Shown: positions 43,178 to 56,732, numbered from the stretch's first letter. The stretch is 64,000 bases of DNA from Microbacterium sp. (GCA_031177765.1 JAPSKH010000002.1:9900-73899), one strand, 5' to 3'. Notes: a model not told the origin generated them from the sequence alone. Numbers and translations are program-made.

Positions 43178-45292
43178 GTGGCACAAGACGTGCTCACCGA
43201 CCTCAACAAGGTCCGCAACATCGGCATCATGGCGCACATCGATGCCGGCAAGACGACGACGACCGAGCGCATCCTCTTCTACACGGGCGTCAACCACAAG
43301 ATCGGCGAGACGCACGACGGCGCTGCCACCACCGACTGGATGGAGCAGGAGCAGGAGCGCGGCATCACCATCACCTCGGCTGCCGTCACCTGCTTCTGGG
43401 AGGGCAACCAGATCAACATCATCGACACGCCCGGCCACGTGGACTTCACCGTCGAGGTGGAGCGCTCGCTGCGCGTGCTCGATGGCGCCGTCGCCGTCTT
43501 CGACGGCAAGGAGGGCGTGGAGCCCCAGTCCGAGACGGTGTGGCGCCAGGCCGACAAGTACGACGTCCCGCGCATCTGCTTCGTCAACAAGATGGACAAG
43601 CTGGGCGCCGACTTCTACTTCACCGTCGACACGATCATCTCGCGCCTGAAGGCGAAGCCCCTCGTGCTGCAGATCCCGATCGGCGTCGAGAACGACTTCG
43701 TCGGCGTCATCGACCTCATCTACCAGCGCGCCCTCGTGTGGCCCGGCGACGCCAAGGGCGACGTGACGATGGGTGCCAAGTACGAGATCCAGGAGATCCC
43801 GGCCGACCTCGTCGACAAGGCCGCCGAGTGGCGCGAGAAGCTGCTCGAGACCGTCGCGGAGTCCGACGACGCGCTGCTGGAGAAGTACTTCGGCGGCGAG
43901 GAGCTCACCCCCGAGGAGATCAAGGGCGCGATCCGCAAGCTCACGATCGCCGGTGAGGTCTTCCCGGTCCTGTGCGGCTCGGCGTTCAAGAACCGCGGCG
44001 TGCAGCCCATGCTCGACGCGGTCGTGGACTACCTGCCCTCGCCTCTGGACGTGCCCGCCATCGAGGCGCACGACCCGAAGGACGAAGAGAAGATCATCGA
44101 GCGTCACGCCGACCGCGACGAGCCGTTCGCGGCCCTGGCGTTCAAGATCGTGTCGCACCCGTTCTTCGGTCGCCTCACCTACATCCGCGTCTACTCGGGT
44201 CACCTCGAGTCCGGCGCGCAGGTCGTCAACGCGACCAAGGGCAAGAAGGAGCGCATCGGGAAGATCTTCCAGATGCACGCCAACAAGGAGAACCCGGTCG
44301 ACTCGGTGACCGCCGGCCACATCTACGCGGTGATCGGCCTGAAGGACACGACCACCGGTGACACCCTGTCGGATGCCTCGAACCAGGTCGTCCTGGAGTC
44401 GATGACGTTCCCCGAGCCCGTCATCGAGGTCGCGATCGAGCCCAAGACCAAGGCCGACCAGGAGAAGCTGGGTCTTGCGATCCAGAAGCTGGCCGAGGAG
44501 GACCCGACGTTCCGCGTGGAGCAGAACGCCGAGACCGGCCAGACGGTCATCAAGGGCATGGGCGAGCTGCACCTCGACATCCTCGTGGACCGCATGAAGC
44601 GCGAGTTCAAGGTCGAGGCGAACGTCGGAAAGCCGCAGGTGGCGTACCGCGAGACGATCCGCAAGACCGTCGAGCGCCACGACTACACGCACAAGAAGCA
44701 GACCGGTGGTTCCGGCCAGTTCGCGAAGATCCAGTTCGCGCTCGAGCCGCTCGAGGTCACGGCCGACAAGACCTACGAGTTCGAGAGCAAGGTCACCGGC
44801 GGTCGCATCCCGCGCGAGTACATCGAGCCGACGAACCAGGGCTTCCAGGACGCCATGCAGGTCGGCGTGCTCGCCGGCTACCCGATGGTGGGCGTCAAGG
44901 CGACCCTCATCGACGGTGCGTCGCACGATGTGGACTCGTCCGAGATGGCGTTCAAGATCGCCGGCTCGATGGGCTTCAAGGAGGCCGTCCGCAAGGCGAA
45001 CCCCGTGCTCCTCGAGCCGCTCATGGCGGTCGAGGTGCGTACTCCCGAGGAGTACATGGGCGACGTCATCGGCGACCTGAACTCCCGTCGCGGTCAGATC
45101 CAGTCGATGGAGGACGCCGCCGGCGTCAAGGTGGTGCGTGCGCTCGTGCCGCTGTCCGAGATGTTCGGCTACATCGGCGACCTGCGCTCGAAGACCTCGG
45201 GCCGCGCGGTGTACTCGATGGAGTTCGACAGCTACGCCGAGGTCCCTCGTGCCGTGGCCGACGAGATCGTCCAGAAGAACAAGGGCGAGTGA
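43178..45292 (+). CDS. fusA: Elongation factor G
   Basis: [26 protein letters not shown]. Confidence 0.99.
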   Translation: MAQDVLTDLNKVRNIGIMAHIDAGKTTTTERILFYTGVNHKIGETHDGAATTDWMEQEQERGITITSAAVTCFWEGNQINIIDTPGHVDFTVEVERSLRVLDGAVAVFDGKEGVEPQSETVWRQADKYDVPRICFVNKMDKLGADFYFTVDTIISRLKAKPLVLQIPIGVENDFVGVIDLIYQRALVWPGDAKGDVTMGAKYEIQEIPADLVDKAAEWREKLLETVAESDDALLEKYFGGEELTPEEIKGAIRKLTIAGEVFPVLCGSAFKNRGVQPMLDAVVDYLPSPLDVPAIEAHDPKDEEKIIERHADRDEPFAALAFKIVSHPFFGRLTYIRVYSGHLESGAQVVNATKGKKERIGKIFQMHANKENPVDSVTAGHIYAVIGLKDTTTGDTLSDASNQVVLESMTFPEPVIEVAIEPKTKADQEKLGLAIQKLAEEDPTFRVEQNAETGQTVIKGMGELHLDILVDRMKREFKVEANVGKPQVAYRETIRKTVERHDYTHKKQTGGSGQFAKIQFALEPLEVTADKTYEFESKVTGGRIPREYIEPTNQGFQDAMQVGVLAGYPMVGVKATLIDGASHDVDSSEMAFKIAGSMGFKEAVRKANPVLLEPLMAVEVRTPEEYMGDVIGDLNSRRGQIQSMEDAAGVKVVRALVPLSEMFGYIGDLRSKTSGRAVYSMEFDSYAEVPRAVADEIVQKNKGE

Positions 45293-45298
45293 TCGCTC

Positions 45299-45331
45299 CG
45301 GATGCCGGGGGCACCGCGCCCCCGGCATCCG
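45299..45331. repeat. Perfect 14-bp hairpin after fusA built from GGATGCC/GGCATCC arms
   Basis: CGGATGCCGGGGGC-accgc-GCCCCCGGCATCCG. Confidence 0.8.
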
Positions 45332-45495
45332 CTCCACAACTCAATATCGGTAGTCCAGTAGGCGGCCGAGCCGCCGGAGCGAGACTCACACCGAACCACC
45401 AGAACCCTCTCCACTAAGCTGAGAGACATCCCCGTAGACGACCGGTCGCAAACCAGTGCCCGGAACTTCTACACGACCGTCCTGAGGAGGACCCA

Positions 45496-46689
45496 GTGGC
45501 TAAGGCCAAGTTCGAGCGGACCAAGCCGCACGTGAACATCGGAACGATCGGTCACGTCGACCACGGCAAGACCACGCTCACCGCCGCGATCTCGAAGGTG
45601 CTCGCCGACAAGTACCCGTCGGCCACCAACGTGCAGCGCGACTTCGCGTCGATCGACTCGGCTCCCGAGGAGCGTCAGCGCGGCATCACGATCAACATCT
45701 CGCACGTCGAGTACGAGACCCCCAAGCGTCACTACGCACACGTCGACGCCCCGGGTCACGCCGACTACATCAAGAACATGATCACCGGTGCCGCCCAGAT
45801 GGACGGCGCGATCCTCGTCGTCGCGGCCACTGACGGCCCGATGGCGCAGACGCGTGAGCACGTTCTGCTCGCCAAGCAGGTCGGCGTCCCCTACCTGCTC
45901 GTCGCGCTGAACAAGGCCGACATGGTCGACGACGAGGAGATCCTGGAGCTCGTCGAGCTCGAGGTCCGCGAGCTCCTGTCGTCGCAGGACTTCGACGGCG
46001 ACAACGCGCCGGTCGTCCGCGTCTCGGGCCTGAAGGCTCTCGAGGGCGACGAGAAGTGGACGCAGTCGATCCTCGACCTCATGGAGGCCGTGGACTCGTC
46101 GATCCCCGACCCGGTGCGTGACAAGGACAAGCCGTTCCTCATGCCGATCGAGGACGTCTTCACCATCACCGGTCGTGGCACGGTCGTCACCGGCCGCGCC
46201 GAGCGCGGTACCCTCGCGCTGAACTCCGAGGTCGAGATCGTGGGTCTGCGCCCGACGCAGAAGACGATCGTCACGGGTATCGAGATGTTCCACAAGCAGC
46301 TCGACGAGGCGTGGGCCGGCGAGAACTGTGGTCTGCTCCTGCGCGGCACCAAGCGTGACGACGTCGAGCGCGGCCAGGTCGTCGTCAAGCCCGGCTCGGT
46401 CACCCCGCACACCAACTTCGAGGGCACGGCGTACATCCTGTCCAAGGAGGAGGGCGGCCGTCACAACCCGTTCTTCACGAACTACCGTCCGCAGTTCTAC
46501 TTCCGCACCACCGACGTCACCGGCGTCATCACGCTGCCCGAGGGCACCGAGATGGTCATGCCCGGCGACACCACCGACATGACGGTCGAGCTGATCCAGC
46601 CGATCGCCATGGAGGAGGGCCTCGGCTTCGCGATCCGTGAGGGTGGCCGCACCGTCGGCGCCGGCACGGTCACGAAGATCCTGAAGTAA
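45496..46689 (+). CDS. tuf: Elongation factor Tu
   Basis: [26 protein letters not shown]. Confidence 0.99.
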   Translation: MAKAKFERTKPHVNIGTIGHVDHGKTTLTAAISKVLADKYPSATNVQRDFASIDSAPEERQRGITINISHVEYETPKRHYAHVDAPGHADYIKNMITGAAQMDGAILVVAATDGPMAQTREHVLLAKQVGVPYLLVALNKADMVDDEEILELVELEVRELLSSQDFDGDNAPVVRVSGLKALEGDEKWTQSILDLMEAVDSSIPDPVRDKDKPFLMPIEDVFTITGRGTVVTGRAERGTLALNSEVEIVGLRPTQKTIVTGIEMFHKQLDEAWAGENCGLLLRGTKRDDVERGQVVVKPGSVTPHTNFEGTAYILSKEEGGRHNPFFTNYRPQFYFRTTDVTGVITLPEGTEMVMPGDTTDMTVELIQPIAMEEGLGFAIREGGRTVGAGTVTKILK

Positions 46690-46707
46690 GTCTCCGCGAC
46701 AGCGTCA

Positions 46708-46739
46708 GAGGGGTCGGGCTCGCAAGAGCCCGGCCCCTT
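46708..46739 (+). terminator. Hairpin terminator after tuf
   Basis: GAGGGGTCGGGCTC-GCAA-GAGCCCGGCCCCTT. Confidence 0.75.
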
Positions 46740-46815
46740 CGTCTGTCACGCGCACGGCGAGATGCGACGAGGCTGGGAAGCCGCCGAGCATACCGGCGTC
46801 GCGACACGCCCGAGT

Positions 46816-46844
46816 TTGCGACACGCCCGGGCGGCACGTAGACT
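46816..46844 (+). promoter_or_regulatory. Candidate sigma-A promoter of the S10 operon
   Basis: TTGCGA-N17-TAGACT, overlapped by tandem GCGACACGCCC repeats. Confidence 0.65.
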
Positions 46845-47195
46845 AGTGAGGTTCCACATTCCGGTGCCCCTTGTGGCGTGCGCCGGATCACTGCCAGGGC
46901 AGTGCATAGGCAGCGCGAAAGCGCGGAGACCTAGGCCGCGGGCAGCAGAACCACCACATCTCAAATCCCTCCAGCGCGGAACACGTTCCGCGCGCGGTCG
47001 GACAGCGGATGCCGGGAGCGGCGCTTCGGCGCGGCATCCGGATTGACATCAGAACAGCGGTGCAGCATCCCTCGACAAGCTCGGGAACCGAGCGGCCGCG
47101 AGGAAGAAGTGCCATGGCGCGCGAGCGCCACCGGGCGTCCAATGCCCCCGGGCCGACCGGGACGGTAAGACGCGAGAAAGAGAGTGAGCAGACAA

Positions 47196-47504
47196 ATGGC
47201 GGGACAGAAGATCCGCATTCGCCTGAAGTCGTACGACCACGAGGTCATCGACTCCTCGGCGCGGAAGATCGTCGACACCGTGACCCGTGCGGGCGCGACC
47301 GTCGTCGGACCCGTGCCCCTTCCGACGGAGAAGAACGTGATCCCCGTGATCCGTTCCCCCCACAAGTACAAGGACAGCCGCGAGCACTTCGAGATGCGCA
47401 CCCACAAGCGTCTGATCGACATCGTCGACCCGACGCCCAAGGCCGTCGACTCGCTGATGCGCCTTGACCTGCCGGCCGACGTCAACATCGAGATCAAGCT
47501 CTGA
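47196..47504 (+). CDS. rpsJ: 30S ribosomal protein S10
   Basis: [36 protein letters not shown]. Confidence 0.99.
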   Translation: MAGQKIRIRLKSYDHEVIDSSARKIVDTVTRAGATVVGPVPLPTEKNVIPVIRSPHKYKDSREHFEMRTHKRLIDIVDPTPKAVDSLMRLDLPADVNIEIKL

Positions 47505-47515
47505 GGACGACGACC

Positions 47516-48175
47516 ATGGCACACATCAACGAAAAGGTTTCCAAGGGCCTCCTGGGCACCAAGCTCGGCATGACCCAGGTGTGGGACGACAACGGCAAGC
47601 TCGTCCCCGTCACGGTCATCGAGATCGCGCCGAACGTGGTCACCCAGGTCCGCACGCCCGAGAAGGACGGCTACAGCGCCGTGCAGATCGCGGCCGGCCC
47701 GATCGACCCCCGCAAGGTGAACAAGCCCCTCACGGCCCACTTCGAGGCCGCCGGTGTCACCCCGCGTCGTCACCTCACCGAGATCCGCACCGCGGACGCT
47801 GCTGACTACTCACTCGGTCAGGAGCTGACGGTGGACGGCACGTTCGAGGCCGGCCAGCTGGTCGACGTCGTCGGCACCAGCAAGGGCAAGGGCACCGCCG
47901 GTGTCATGAAGCGCCACAACTTCAAGGGCGTCTCCGCCTCGCACGGTGCGCACCGCAACCACCGCAAGCCCGGCTCGATCGGCGCCTCGTCGACGCCGAG
48001 CCGCGTCTTCAAGGGCATGCGCATGGCCGGCCGCATGGGCGGCGAGCGCGTGACCGTCCTCAACCTCACGGTGCACGCCATCGACGCCGAGAAGGGCCTG
48101 CTGCTCGTCAAGGGCGCCGTCCCCGGCGCGCGCGGCCGCACCGTCTACGTCCGCAACGCAGTGAAGGGTGCCTGA
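47516..48175 (+). CDS. rplC: 50S ribosomal protein L3
   Basis: [23 protein letters not shown]. Confidence 0.99.
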   Translation: MAHINEKVSKGLLGTKLGMTQVWDDNGKLVPVTVIEIAPNVVTQVRTPEKDGYSAVQIAAGPIDPRKVNKPLTAHFEAAGVTPRRHLTEIRTADAADYSLGQELTVDGTFEAGQLVDVVGTSKGKGTAGVMKRHNFKGVSASHGAHRNHRKPGSIGASSTPSRVFKGMRMAGRMGGERVTVLNLTVHAIDAEKGLLLVKGAVPGARGRTVYVRNAVKGA

Positions 48176-48180
48176 TCTCC

Positions 48181-48843
48181 ATGGCTGACTCGACTCTCGC
48201 GCTCGACGTCGTGAAGGCAGACGGCAACAAGGCCGGCTCGGTCGAGCTGCCCGCCGCGCTGTTCGACGTCAAGACGAACATCCCGCTGATCCACCAGGTC
48301 GTCGTCGCGCAGCGCGCGGCGGCTCGCCAGGGCACGCACTCGACCAAGCGTCGCGGCGAGGTCTCCGGCGCCGGCCGCAAGCCCTTCAAGCAGAAGGGCA
48401 CGGGTAACGCCCGTCAGGGCTCGATCCGCGCGCCGCACATGACCGGCGGTGGCATCGTGCACGGCCCCAAGCCGCGCAGCTACTCGCAGCGCACGCCCAA
48501 GAAGATGATCGCGGCCGCCCTGCTCGGCGCGCTCAGCGACCGCACCCGCGGCGAGCGTCTCCACATCGTGGAGTCGTTCGGCATCGACGGCGCCCCCTCG
48601 ACCAAGGCCGCCGCCGCGGTCCTGGCCGCCCTCGGCGCGACCAAGAACGTCCTGGTCGTGGTCGACCGCACCGACGACCTCAGCATCCTGAGCGTGCGCA
48701 ACCTCGCGTACGTGCACGTGCTGACGTTCGACCAGCTGAACGCCTACGACGTGCTCGTCTCGGACGACATCGTCTTCACCAAGGCCGCCTACGACGCCTT
48801 CGTCGCGTCGAAGTCCGGCGCCACCGAGGAGGTCTCGGCATGA
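48181..48843 (+). CDS. rplD: 50S ribosomal protein L4
   Basis: [25 protein letters not shown]. Confidence 0.99.
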   Translation: MADSTLALDVVKADGNKAGSVELPAALFDVKTNIPLIHQVVVAQRAAARQGTHSTKRRGEVSGAGRKPFKQKGTGNARQGSIRAPHMTGGGIVHGPKPRSYSQRTPKKMIAAALLGALSDRTRGERLHIVESFGIDGAPSTKAAAAVLAALGATKNVLVVVDRTDDLSILSVRNLAYVHVLTFDQLNAYDVLVSDDIVFTKAAYDAFVASKSGATEEVSA

Positions 48844-49145
48844 GCACCATCGCCGTCAACAAGGACCCGCGCGACATCATCCTGAAGCCGGTCGTGTCGG
48901 AGAAGAGCTACGGGCTCATCGACGAGGGCAAGTACACCTTCCTCGTGGACCCGCGCGCTTCGAAGACCGAGATCAAGCTCGCCATCGAGAAGATCTTCGG
49001 CGTCAAGGTCGCGTCGGTGAACACCATCAACCGCGTGGGCAAGGCCCGTCGCACCCGCTTCGGCACCGGCAAGCGCAAGGACACCAAGCGCGCCATCGTG
49101 ACCCTGAAGTCGGGCACCATCGACATCTTCACGGCAGTCGGCTGA
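48840..49145 (+). CDS. rplW: 50S ribosomal protein L23
   Basis: [30 protein letters not shown]. Confidence 0.99.
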   Translation: MSTIAVNKDPRDIILKPVVSEKSYGLIDEGKYTFLVDPRASKTEIKLAIEKIFGVKVASVNTINRVGKARRTRFGTGKRKDTKRAIVTLKSGTIDIFTAVG

Positions 49146-49171
49146 CGGTCGGGACGAAGGACGAGAGAACT

Positions 49172-50011
<840 letters not shown>

Positions 50012-50023
50012 GAGTAGAGGAAG

Positions 50024-50305
50024 ATGCCTCGCAGCCTTAAGAAGGGCCCCTTCGTCGACGAGCACCTGCTTCGCAAGGTCTCCTCGCAGAACGAAGCCGG
50101 CACCAAGAACGTCATCAAGACCTGGTCACGTCGCTCGATGATCGTCCCGGCCATGCTGGGCCACACGATCGCCGTGCACGACGGTCGCAAGCACATCCCC
50201 GTGTTCGTGACCGAGACCATGGTCGGCCACAAGCTGGGCGAGTTCGCGCCCACCCGCACCTTCCGCGGTCACGTGAAGGACGACAAGAAGGGCCGTCGCC
50301 GCTGA
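50024..50305 (+). CDS. rpsS: 30S ribosomal protein S19
   Basis: [25 protein letters not shown]. Confidence 0.99.
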   Translation: MPRSLKKGPFVDEHLLRKVSSQNEAGTKNVIKTWSRRSMIVPAMLGHTIAVHDGRKHIPVFVTETMVGHKLGEFAPTRTFRGHVKDDKKGRRR

Positions 50306-50330
50306 CGCGGTGACGCAAGAGGAGACAGAA

Positions 50331-50750
50331 ATGGTGGAGTCCATCGCACGCGTGCGACACATCCGCGTGACCCCTCAGAAGGCTCGTCGCGTCGTCGCGC
50401 TCATCAAGGGCAAGCAGGCTGAGGAGGCCCTGGCCATCCTCAAGTTCGCGCCGCAGGGTGCGAGCGAGCCGATCTACAAGCTGGTCGCCTCGGCGATCGC
50501 GAACGCTCGCGTGAAGTCCGACAAGGACGGCGAGTACCTGGACGAGCAGGACCTGTACGTGAAGAACGCGTACGTCGACGAGGGCACGACGCTCAAGCGT
50601 TTCCAGCCCCGCGCCCAGGGCCGCGCGTTCCAGATCAAGAAGCGCACCAGCCACATCACGGTCGTGCTGTCGACCCCGGAGGTGGCCGAGACGGCCGCTG
50701 CCTCGACGAGCTCGGCAACCGGTAACAAGAGCAAGAAGGCGAGCAAGTAA
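50331..50750 (+). CDS. rplV: 50S ribosomal protein L22
   Basis: [23 protein letters not shown]; ATG after GAGGAG. Confidence 0.98.
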   Translation: MVESIARVRHIRVTPQKARRVVALIKGKQAEEALAILKFAPQGASEPIYKLVASAIANARVKSDKDGEYLDEQDLYVKNAYVDEGTTLKRFQPRAQGRAFQIKKRTSHITVVLSTPEVAETAAASTSSATGNKSKKASK

Positions 50751-51493
50751 TGGGACAGAAAGTCAGCCCGTACGGCTTCCGCCTCGGCATCACCACGGAC
50801 CACGTGTCGCGGTGGTTCTCGGACTCGACGAAGCCGGGCCAGCGCTACGCCGACTACGTCGCCGAGGACATCAAGATCCGCAAGCTCCTGCAGTCGAACC
50901 TCGACCGCGCGGGCGTGAGCCGCATCGAGATCGAGCGCACGCGTGACCGCGTCCGCGTCGACATCCACACGGCCCGTCCCGGCATCGTGATCGGCCGCCG
51001 CGGCGCCGAGGCCGAGCGCATCCGCACCGACCTCGAGAAGCTGACCGGCAAGCAGATCCAGCTGAACATCCTCGAGGTGAAGAACCCCGAGGCCGACGCG
51101 CAGCTCGTCGCGCAGGGCGTCGCCGAGCAGCTCACCGCACGTGTGGCTTTCCGCCGCGCGATGCGCAAGGGTCTGCAGGGCGCGCAGCGCGCCGGCGCCA
51201 AGGGCGTCCGCATCCAGGTCTCCGGCCGCCTCGGCGGCGCCGAGATGAGCCGCTCGGAGTTCTACCGCGAGGGTCGTGTGCCGCTGCACACGCTGCGCGC
51301 GAACATCGACTACGGCTTCTACGAGGCGAAGACCACCTTCGGCCGCATCGGCGTGAAGGTGTGGATCTACAAGGGCGACCTGACCAACAAGGAGCTCGCG
51401 CGCGAGCAGGCCAACCAGAAGCCGGCGCGTGAGCGCGGCGACCGCCGCCCGCGTCGCAACGAGGCCCCCGTGGCAGAAGGAGCGTCGGCGTAA
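50750..51493 (+). CDS. rpsC: 30S ribosomal protein S3
   Basis: [31 protein letters not shown]. Confidence 0.99.
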   Translation: MGQKVSPYGFRLGITTDHVSRWFSDSTKPGQRYADYVAEDIKIRKLLQSNLDRAGVSRIEIERTRDRVRVDIHTARPGIVIGRRGAEAERIRTDLEKLTGKQIQLNILEVKNPEADAQLVAQGVAEQLTARVAFRRAMRKGLQGAQRAGAKGVRIQVSGRLGGAEMSRSEFYREGRVPLHTLRANIDYGFYEAKTTFGRIGVKVWIYKGDLTNKELAREQANQKPARERGDRRPRRNEAPVAEGASA

Positions 51494-51912
51494 TGCTCAT
51501 CCCCCGCAAGGTCAAGTACCGCAAGCAGCACCACCCCAAGCGCGACGGCCAGGCCACCGGCGGCACGAAGGTCTCCTTCGGCGAGTTCGGCATCCAGGCC
51601 CTCACGCCCGCGTACGTGACGAACCGTCAGATCGAGTCCGCTCGTATCGCGATGACCCGTCACATCAAGCGAGGCGGCAAGGTGTGGATCAACATCTACC
51701 CCGACCGCCCGCTCACCAAGAAGCCCGCCGAGACCCGCATGGGTTCGGGTAAGGGCTCGCCGGAGTGGTGGGTCGCGAACGTCAAGCCGGGTCGCGTCCT
51801 CTTCGAGGTCGCCGGCGTCAACGAGCAGCTGGCTCGCGAGGCGCTGACCCGTGCCATCCACAAGCTGCCTCTCAAGGCACGCATCATCAAGCGCGAGGAG
51901 GGCGACGCGTAA
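51493..51912 (+). CDS. rplP: 50S ribosomal protein L16
   Basis: [21 protein letters not shown]. Confidence 0.99.
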   Translation: MLIPRKVKYRKQHHPKRDGQATGGTKVSFGEFGIQALTPAYVTNRQIESARIAMTRHIKRGGKVWINIYPDRPLTKKPAETRMGSGKGSPEWWVANVKPGRVLFEVAGVNEQLAREALTRAIHKLPLKARIIKREEGDA

Positions 51913-52226
51913 TGGCGATCGGCACCAAGACGCTCGCCACGAGCGAGCTCGACACGTTCGAAGACCAGCGTCTCGTCGAGGAGCTGCGCAAGGCCAAGGA
52001 AGAGCTGTTCAACCTGCGCTTCCAGTCGGCCACCGGCCAGCTCGAGAGCCACGGCCGCATCCGTGCGGTCAAGCGCGACATCGCGCGGCTCTACACCGTG
52101 ATCCGCGAGCGCGAGCTCGGCATCCGTGCCACGCCCGCTCCGCTGGAGACGGCGACGAAGGCGAAGAAGAGCAAGGCCAAGAAGGCGGATGCCGCTGACG
52201 AGGCCGCGAAGGAAGAGGCCGAGTGA
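51912..52226 (+). CDS. rpmC: 50S ribosomal protein L29 (C-terminal extension)
   Basis: [26 protein letters not shown]. Confidence 0.98.
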   Translation: MAIGTKTLATSELDTFEDQRLVEELRKAKEELFNLRFQSATGQLESHGRIRAVKRDIARLYTVIRERELGIRATPAPLETATKAKKSKAKKADAADEAAKEEAE

Positions 52227-52558
52227 TGGCTGCAACCAAGAAGGCCGCGGACGCGGTCGAGACCAAGGGACACGAGTCCGCCGAGCACGACGTGCGCGAC
52301 GCCGACGCCCGTGGCTACCGCAAGGCGCGCCGCGGCTACGTCGTGAGCGACAAGATGGACAAGACCATCGTCGTCGAGGTCGAGGACCGCGTGAAGCACC
52401 CGCTGTACGGCAAGGTCATCCGCCGCACCTCCAAGGTCAAGGCGCACGACGAGGACAACACCGCCGGCATCGGCGACCTCGTCCTCATCAACGAGACCCG
52501 CCCGCTGAGCGCCACCAAGCGCTGGCGTCTGGTGGAGATTCTGGAGAAGGCCAAGTGA
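52226..52558 (+). CDS. rpsQ: 30S ribosomal protein S17
   Basis: [31 protein letters not shown]. Confidence 0.98.
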   Translation: MAATKKAADAVETKGHESAEHDVRDADARGYRKARRGYVVSDKMDKTIVVEVEDRVKHPLYGKVIRRTSKVKAHDEDNTAGIGDLVLINETRPLSATKRWRLVEILEKAK

Positions 52559-52923
52559 TTCAGAACGAGTCCCGCCTCAAGGTCGCCGACAACACCGGTG
52601 CCAAGGAGCTGCTCACGATCCGCGTGCTCGGCGGCTCCAACCGTCGCTACGCCGGCCTGGGCGACATCATCGTCGCGACGGTCAAGGACGCGATCCCCGG
52701 CGGCAACGTCAAGAAGGGCGACGTCGTCAAGGCGGTCGTCGTCCGCACGGTCAAGCAGACCCGTCGTCCCGACGGCTCTTACATCAAGTTCGACGAGAAC
52801 GCCGCCGTCATCCTGAAGAACGACGGGGAGCCCCGCGGCACCCGCATCTTCGGGCCGGTCGGCCGTGAGCTTCGCGACAAGAAGTTCATGAAGATCGTCT
52901 CGCTCGCCCCGGAGGTCATCTGA
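52555..52923 (+). CDS. rplN: 50S ribosomal protein L14
   Basis: (M)[24 protein letters not shown]. Confidence 0.99.
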   Translation: MIQNESRLKVADNTGAKELLTIRVLGGSNRRYAGLGDIIVATVKDAIPGGNVKKGDVVKAVVVRTVKQTRRPDGSYIKFDENAAVILKNDGEPRGTRIFGPVGRELRDKKFMKIVSLAPEVI

Positions 52924-52925
52924 TC

Positions 52926-53285
52926 ATGGCGAAGATCAAGAAGGGCGACCTGGTTCAGGTCATCTCGGGCGCCAAGCCCGAGCGCGGCGGCGACCGCGGC
53001 AAGCAGGGCAAGGTCCTCGAGGTCCTTGCCGAGCAGAACCGCGTCATCGTCGAGGGCGTGAACTACGTCACCAAGCACAACCGCGTGGGCCAGTCCCAGC
53101 GCGGCACCAAGACGGGCGGCATCGAGACGATGGAAGCCCCGATCCACATCTCCAACGTCGCCCTCGTCGACCCCTCGACCAAGAAGCCGACCCGCGTCGG
53201 CCACCGCGTCGAGGAGCAGGTCAAGGACGGCGTCAAGCGCACGGTCCGCGTGCGCTACGCGAAGAAGTCAGGCAAGGACCTCTGA
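52926..53285 (+). CDS. rplX: 50S ribosomal protein L24
   Basis: [22 protein letters not shown]. Confidence 0.99.
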   Translation: MAKIKKGDLVQVISGAKPERGGDRGKQGKVLEVLAEQNRVIVEGVNYVTKHNRVGQSQRGTKTGGIETMEAPIHISNVALVDPSTKKPTRVGHRVEEQVKDGVKRTVRVRYAKKSGKDL

Positions 53286-53287
53286 AT

Positions 53288-53878
53288 ATGAGCACCGCCA
53301 CTGCCGTGGAGGCTGGCAAGATCCAGCCCCGCCTGAAGCAGAAGTACAAGGCCGAGATCCAGCAGAAGCTGCAGGACGAGTTCGGCTACCGCAACGTCAT
53401 GCAGATCCCCGGCCTGGTCAAGGTCGTGGTGAACACCGGTGTCGGCGAGGCCGCTCGCGACAGCAAGGTGATCGAGGGCGCGGTCGACGACCTCACCAAG
53501 ATCACCGGCCAGAAGCCGGTCGTGACCAAGGCTCGCAAGTCGATCGCGCAGTTCAAGCTGCGTGAGGGGCAGCCCATCGGCGCGCACGTCACCCTCCGCG
53601 GCGACCGTGCCTGGGAGTTCCTGGACCGCCTGGTCAACCTCGCGCTGCCCCGCATCCGCGACTTCCGCGGCCTGTCGGCCAAGCAGTTCGACGGTCACGG
53701 CAACTACACGTTCGGTCTCCAGGAGCAGTCGGTGTTCCACGAGATCAACCAGGACCGGATCGACCGCGTGCGCGGGTTCGACATCACGATCGTGACGTCG
53801 GCCACCACCGACGACGAGGGACGCGCGCTCCTGCGCCACCTCGGCTTCCCGTTCCGTTCGGACGACGCTCAGGCGTGA
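53288..53878 (+). CDS. rplE: 50S ribosomal protein L5
   Basis: [23 protein letters not shown]. Confidence 0.99.
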   Translation: MSTATAVEAGKIQPRLKQKYKAEIQQKLQDEFGYRNVMQIPGLVKVVVNTGVGEAARDSKVIEGAVDDLTKITGQKPVVTKARKSIAQFKLREGQPIGAHVTLRGDRAWEFLDRLVNLALPRIRDFRGLSAKQFDGHGNYTFGLQEQSVFHEINQDRIDRVRGFDITIVTSATTDDEGRALLRHLGFPFRSDDAQA

Positions 53879-53967
53879 CACAGCGCCGGGCCGCCCGGCC
53901 CGGCATCCACCACAGGTCGGCGTTCTTGTAAAGGGCGTCGAAACCTGGTGAACGAAGGAAACAATCC

Positions 53968-54366
53968 ATGACAATGACAGACCCGGTCGCAGACATGCTG
54001 ACCCGTCTGCGCAACGCGAACTCGGCGCACCACGACTCCGTGTCGCTGCCGAGCTCGAAGCTCAAGACCCACATCGCCGAGATCCTCAAGCAGGAGGGCT
54101 ACATCTCCGACTGGGCCGTCTCGGACGCCCGCGTCGGCCAGACCCTCACGCTGACGCTCAAGTACGGCCCGAACCGCGAGCGGTCGATCGCCGGTATCAA
54201 GCGCGTCTCCAAGCCCGGCCTCCGCGTGTACGCGAAGTCCAACGAGATCCCGCGGGTTCTCGGCGGGCTCGGCGTCGCGATCCTGTCCACCTCCTCCGGT
54301 CTCCTCACGGACCGCCAGGCAGAGCAGAAGGGCGTGGGTGGGGAAGTCCTCGCCTACGTGTGGTGA
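53968..54366 (+). CDS. rpsH: 30S ribosomal protein S8
   Basis: [32 protein letters not shown]. Confidence 0.99.
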   Translation: MTMTDPVADMLTRLRNANSAHHDSVSLPSSKLKTHIAEILKQEGYISDWAVSDARVGQTLTLTLKYGPNRERSIAGIKRVSKPGLRVYAKSNEIPRVLGGLGVAILSTSSGLLTDRQAEQKGVGGEVLAYVW

Positions 54367-54372
54367 TCTGAC

Positions 54373-54909
54373 ATGTCGCGTATCGGTCGTCTTCCGATCG
54401 ACATCCCCGCCGGTGTGACCGTCACGGTCAACGGCCAGGATGTCGCCGTCAAGGGCCCCAAGGGCGAGCTGTCGCTCACCGTGGCCCGTCCCATCGAGGT
54501 CAAGGTCGAGGAGAACCAGGTTCTGGTGACCCGTCCCGACGACGAGCGCGAGTCGCGCTCGCTGCACGGCCTGACCCGCACGCTCATCAACAACAACATC
54601 ATCGGTGTCACCCAGGGCTACTCCAAGGGCCTCGAGGTCGTCGGCACGGGTTACCGCGTGGCGCAGAGGGGCGGCTCGGTCGAGTTCGCGCTCGGCTTCT
54701 CGCACCCGGTGCTGGTCGACCCGCCCGCCGGGATCACCTTCACGGTCGAGGGCAACAACAGGCTCACCGTGAGCGGCATCGACAAGCAGGCCGTCGGCGA
54801 GGCGGCTGCCAACATCCGCAAGATCCGCAAGCCCGAGCCGTACAAGGGCAAGGGTGTGCGCTACGCCGGCGAGGTCGTCCGGCGCAAGGCCGGAAAGGCT
54901 GGTAAGTAA
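54373..54909 (+). CDS. rplF: 50S ribosomal protein L6
   Basis: [20 protein letters not shown]. Confidence 0.99.
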   Translation: MSRIGRLPIDIPAGVTVTVNGQDVAVKGPKGELSLTVARPIEVKVEENQVLVTRPDDERESRSLHGLTRTLINNNIIGVTQGYSKGLEVVGTGYRVAQRGGSVEFALGFSHPVLVDPPAGITFTVEGNNRLTVSGIDKQAVGEAAANIRKIRKPEPYKGKGVRYAGEVVRRKAGKAGK

Positions 54910-54911
54910 CC

Positions 54912-55271
54912 ATGGCCGTGAAGTCGAAGTCCGACGCGCGCGCGCGTCGTCACGCCCGCCTTCGCAAGAAGGTCGTCGGCACCCCCGAGCGTCCCCGCCT
55001 GGTCGTCACCCGTTCGTCGCGCCACGTGTTCGTGCAGCTCGTGGACGACAGCAAGGGCCACACGCTGGCCTCGGCGTCGACCCTCGAAACCGATCTGCGT
55101 ACGACCGACGCGGACAAGACCGCCAAGGCCCGTAAGGTCGGCGAGCTGCTCGCCGAGCGCGCGAAGGCCGCCGGCGTCTCGGCCGCCGTGTTCGACCGCG
55201 GCGGCAACCGCTACGCGGGCCGTGTCGCGGCGATCGCCGAGGGCGCCCGCGAGGGAGGTCTGAACCTGTGA
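54912..55271 (+). CDS. rplR: 50S ribosomal protein L18
   Basis: [22 protein letters not shown]. Confidence 0.99.
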   Translation: MAVKSKSDARARRHARLRKKVVGTPERPRLVVTRSSRHVFVQLVDDSKGHTLASASTLETDLRTTDADKTAKARKVGELLAERAKAAGVSAAVFDRGGNRYAGRVAAIAEGAREGGLNL

Positions 55272-55954
55272 GCGAAATCAAGGAGAACAACGTGACCGAG
55301 CAGGCTGCTGCCGAGGCTCCGGCCGAGGCGGCCACCGCGCCCGCTGAGCGCGAGCGCGAGCCGCGTCGCGGCGGTCGCGAGCGCAACCCGAACCGTGAGC
55401 GCGGCGGGCGTGACCGAAACGAGAGCCAGTTCCTCGAGCGTGTCGTGACCATCAACCGCGTGTCGAAGGTCGTCAAGGGCGGCCGTCGCTTCAGCTTCAC
55501 CGCGCTCGTCGTCGTCGGCGACGGCAACGGTGTGGTCGGCGTCGGCTACGGCAAGGCCCGCGAGGTGCCGCTGGCGATCTCGAAGGGCGTCGAGGAGGCC
55601 AAGCGCAACTTCTTCCGCGTGCCCCGTGCCGGCTCGACCATCCCGCACCCGGTGCAGGGTGAGGCCGCCGCCGGTGTGGTGCTGCTGCGCCCGGCCGCTG
55701 CGGGTACCGGTGTCATCGCCGGTGGTCCCGTGCGTGCCGTGCTGGAGTGCGCCGGCATCCACGACGTGCTGTCGAAGTCGCTCGGCTCGTCCAACACGAT
55801 CAACATCGTCCACGCGACGGTGGAGGCGCTGAAGCAGCTCGAGGAGCCGCGTGCGGTCGCCGCGCGTCGTGGCCTCGACTTCGACCAGGTCGCCCCCGCG
55901 CGTCTCGTCCGTGCCGAGGCTGAGGCCGCGGCCGCTGCGAAGGCAGGTGTCTGA
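55268..55954 (+). CDS. rpsE: 30S ribosomal protein S5
   Basis: [24 protein letters not shown]. Confidence 0.99.
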   Translation: MSEIKENNVTEQAAAEAPAEAATAPAEREREPRRGGRERNPNRERGGRDRNESQFLERVVTINRVSKVVKGGRRFSFTALVVVGDGNGVVGVGYGKAREVPLAISKGVEEAKRNFFRVPRAGSTIPHPVQGEAAAGVVLLRPAAAGTGVIAGGPVRAVLECAGIHDVLSKSLGSSNTINIVHATVEALKQLEEPRAVAARRGLDFDQVAPARLVRAEAEAAAAAKAGV

Positions 55955-56139
55955 TGGCTGCGCGTCTGAAGGTCACGCAGATCAAGTCCAAGGTGAGCGA
56001 GAAGCAGAACCAGCGCGACACGCTGCGTTCGCTGGGTCTCAAGCGGATCGGCGACTCCGTCGTCCGCCCCGACGACGCGCAGACGCGCGGTTACGTCAAG
56101 ACCGTCGCGCACCTCGTCAAGGTTGAGGAGATCGACTGA
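55954..56139 (+). CDS. rpmD: 50S ribosomal protein L30
   Basis: [24 protein letters not shown]. Confidence 0.98.
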   Translation: MAARLKVTQIKSKVSEKQNQRDTLRSLGLKRIGDSVVRPDDAQTRGYVKTVAHLVKVEEID

Positions 56140-56732
56140 TGGCTGACAAGGCCGAGAAGACGACCGAAGAGGTCGTCGAGAAGAAGGCTCCGGCCAAGAA
56201 GCCGGCTGCCAAGAAGGCTCCCGCCAAGAAGGATGCCGAGAAGAAGGACGCGCCCGTGTCGCGTCCGGGCGTGCTGAAGGTCCACCACCTGCGTCCGGTC
56301 CCCGGCGCCAACACCGCCAAGACCCGCGTGGGTCGCGGTGAGGGCTCGAAGGGCAAGACCGCCGGCCGTGGCACCAAGGGCACGAAGGCCCGCTACCAGG
56401 TCCGCGCCGGCTTCGAGGGCGGCCAGATGCCGCTGCACATGCGCACCCCGAAGCTGCGCGGGTTCAAGAACCCGTTCCGCGTCGAGTACCAGGTCGTGAA
56501 CCTGGACAAGCTCGCGGAGCTGTACCCGGCCGGTGGCGACGTCACCGTGAGCGACCTGGTCGCCAAGGGTGCGGTGCGCAAGAACGAGAAGGTCAAGGTG
56601 CTCGGCACCGGAGACATCTCGGTGAAGCTGAACGTGTCGGTCGACAAGGTCTCGGGTTCCGCCGAGCAGAAGATCGTCGCCGCCGGCGGCACCGTGACGG
56701 CCGTCCAGGCCGTGGAGAGCCCGGTCGAGTAA
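56139..56732 (+). CDS. rplO: 50S ribosomal protein L15 (Lys/Ala/Pro-rich N-terminal extension)
   Basis: [25 protein letters not shown]. Confidence 0.98.
   Translation: MADKAEKTTEEVVEKKAPAKKPAAKKAPAKKDAEKKDAPVSRPGVLKVHHLRPVPGANTAKTRVGRGEGSKGKTAGRGTKGTKARYQVRAGFEGGQMPLHMRTPKLRGFKNPFRVEYQVVNLDKLAELYPAGGDVTVSDLVAKGAVRKNEKVKVLGTGDISVKLNVSVDKVSGSAEQKIVAAGGTVTAVQAVESPVE

Noticed and set aside
47331-47351. S10 reads KNVIPVIR where related actinobacteria usually have a Cys
   Set aside because: Single residue outside the HKYKDS loop; cannot be judged without an alignment
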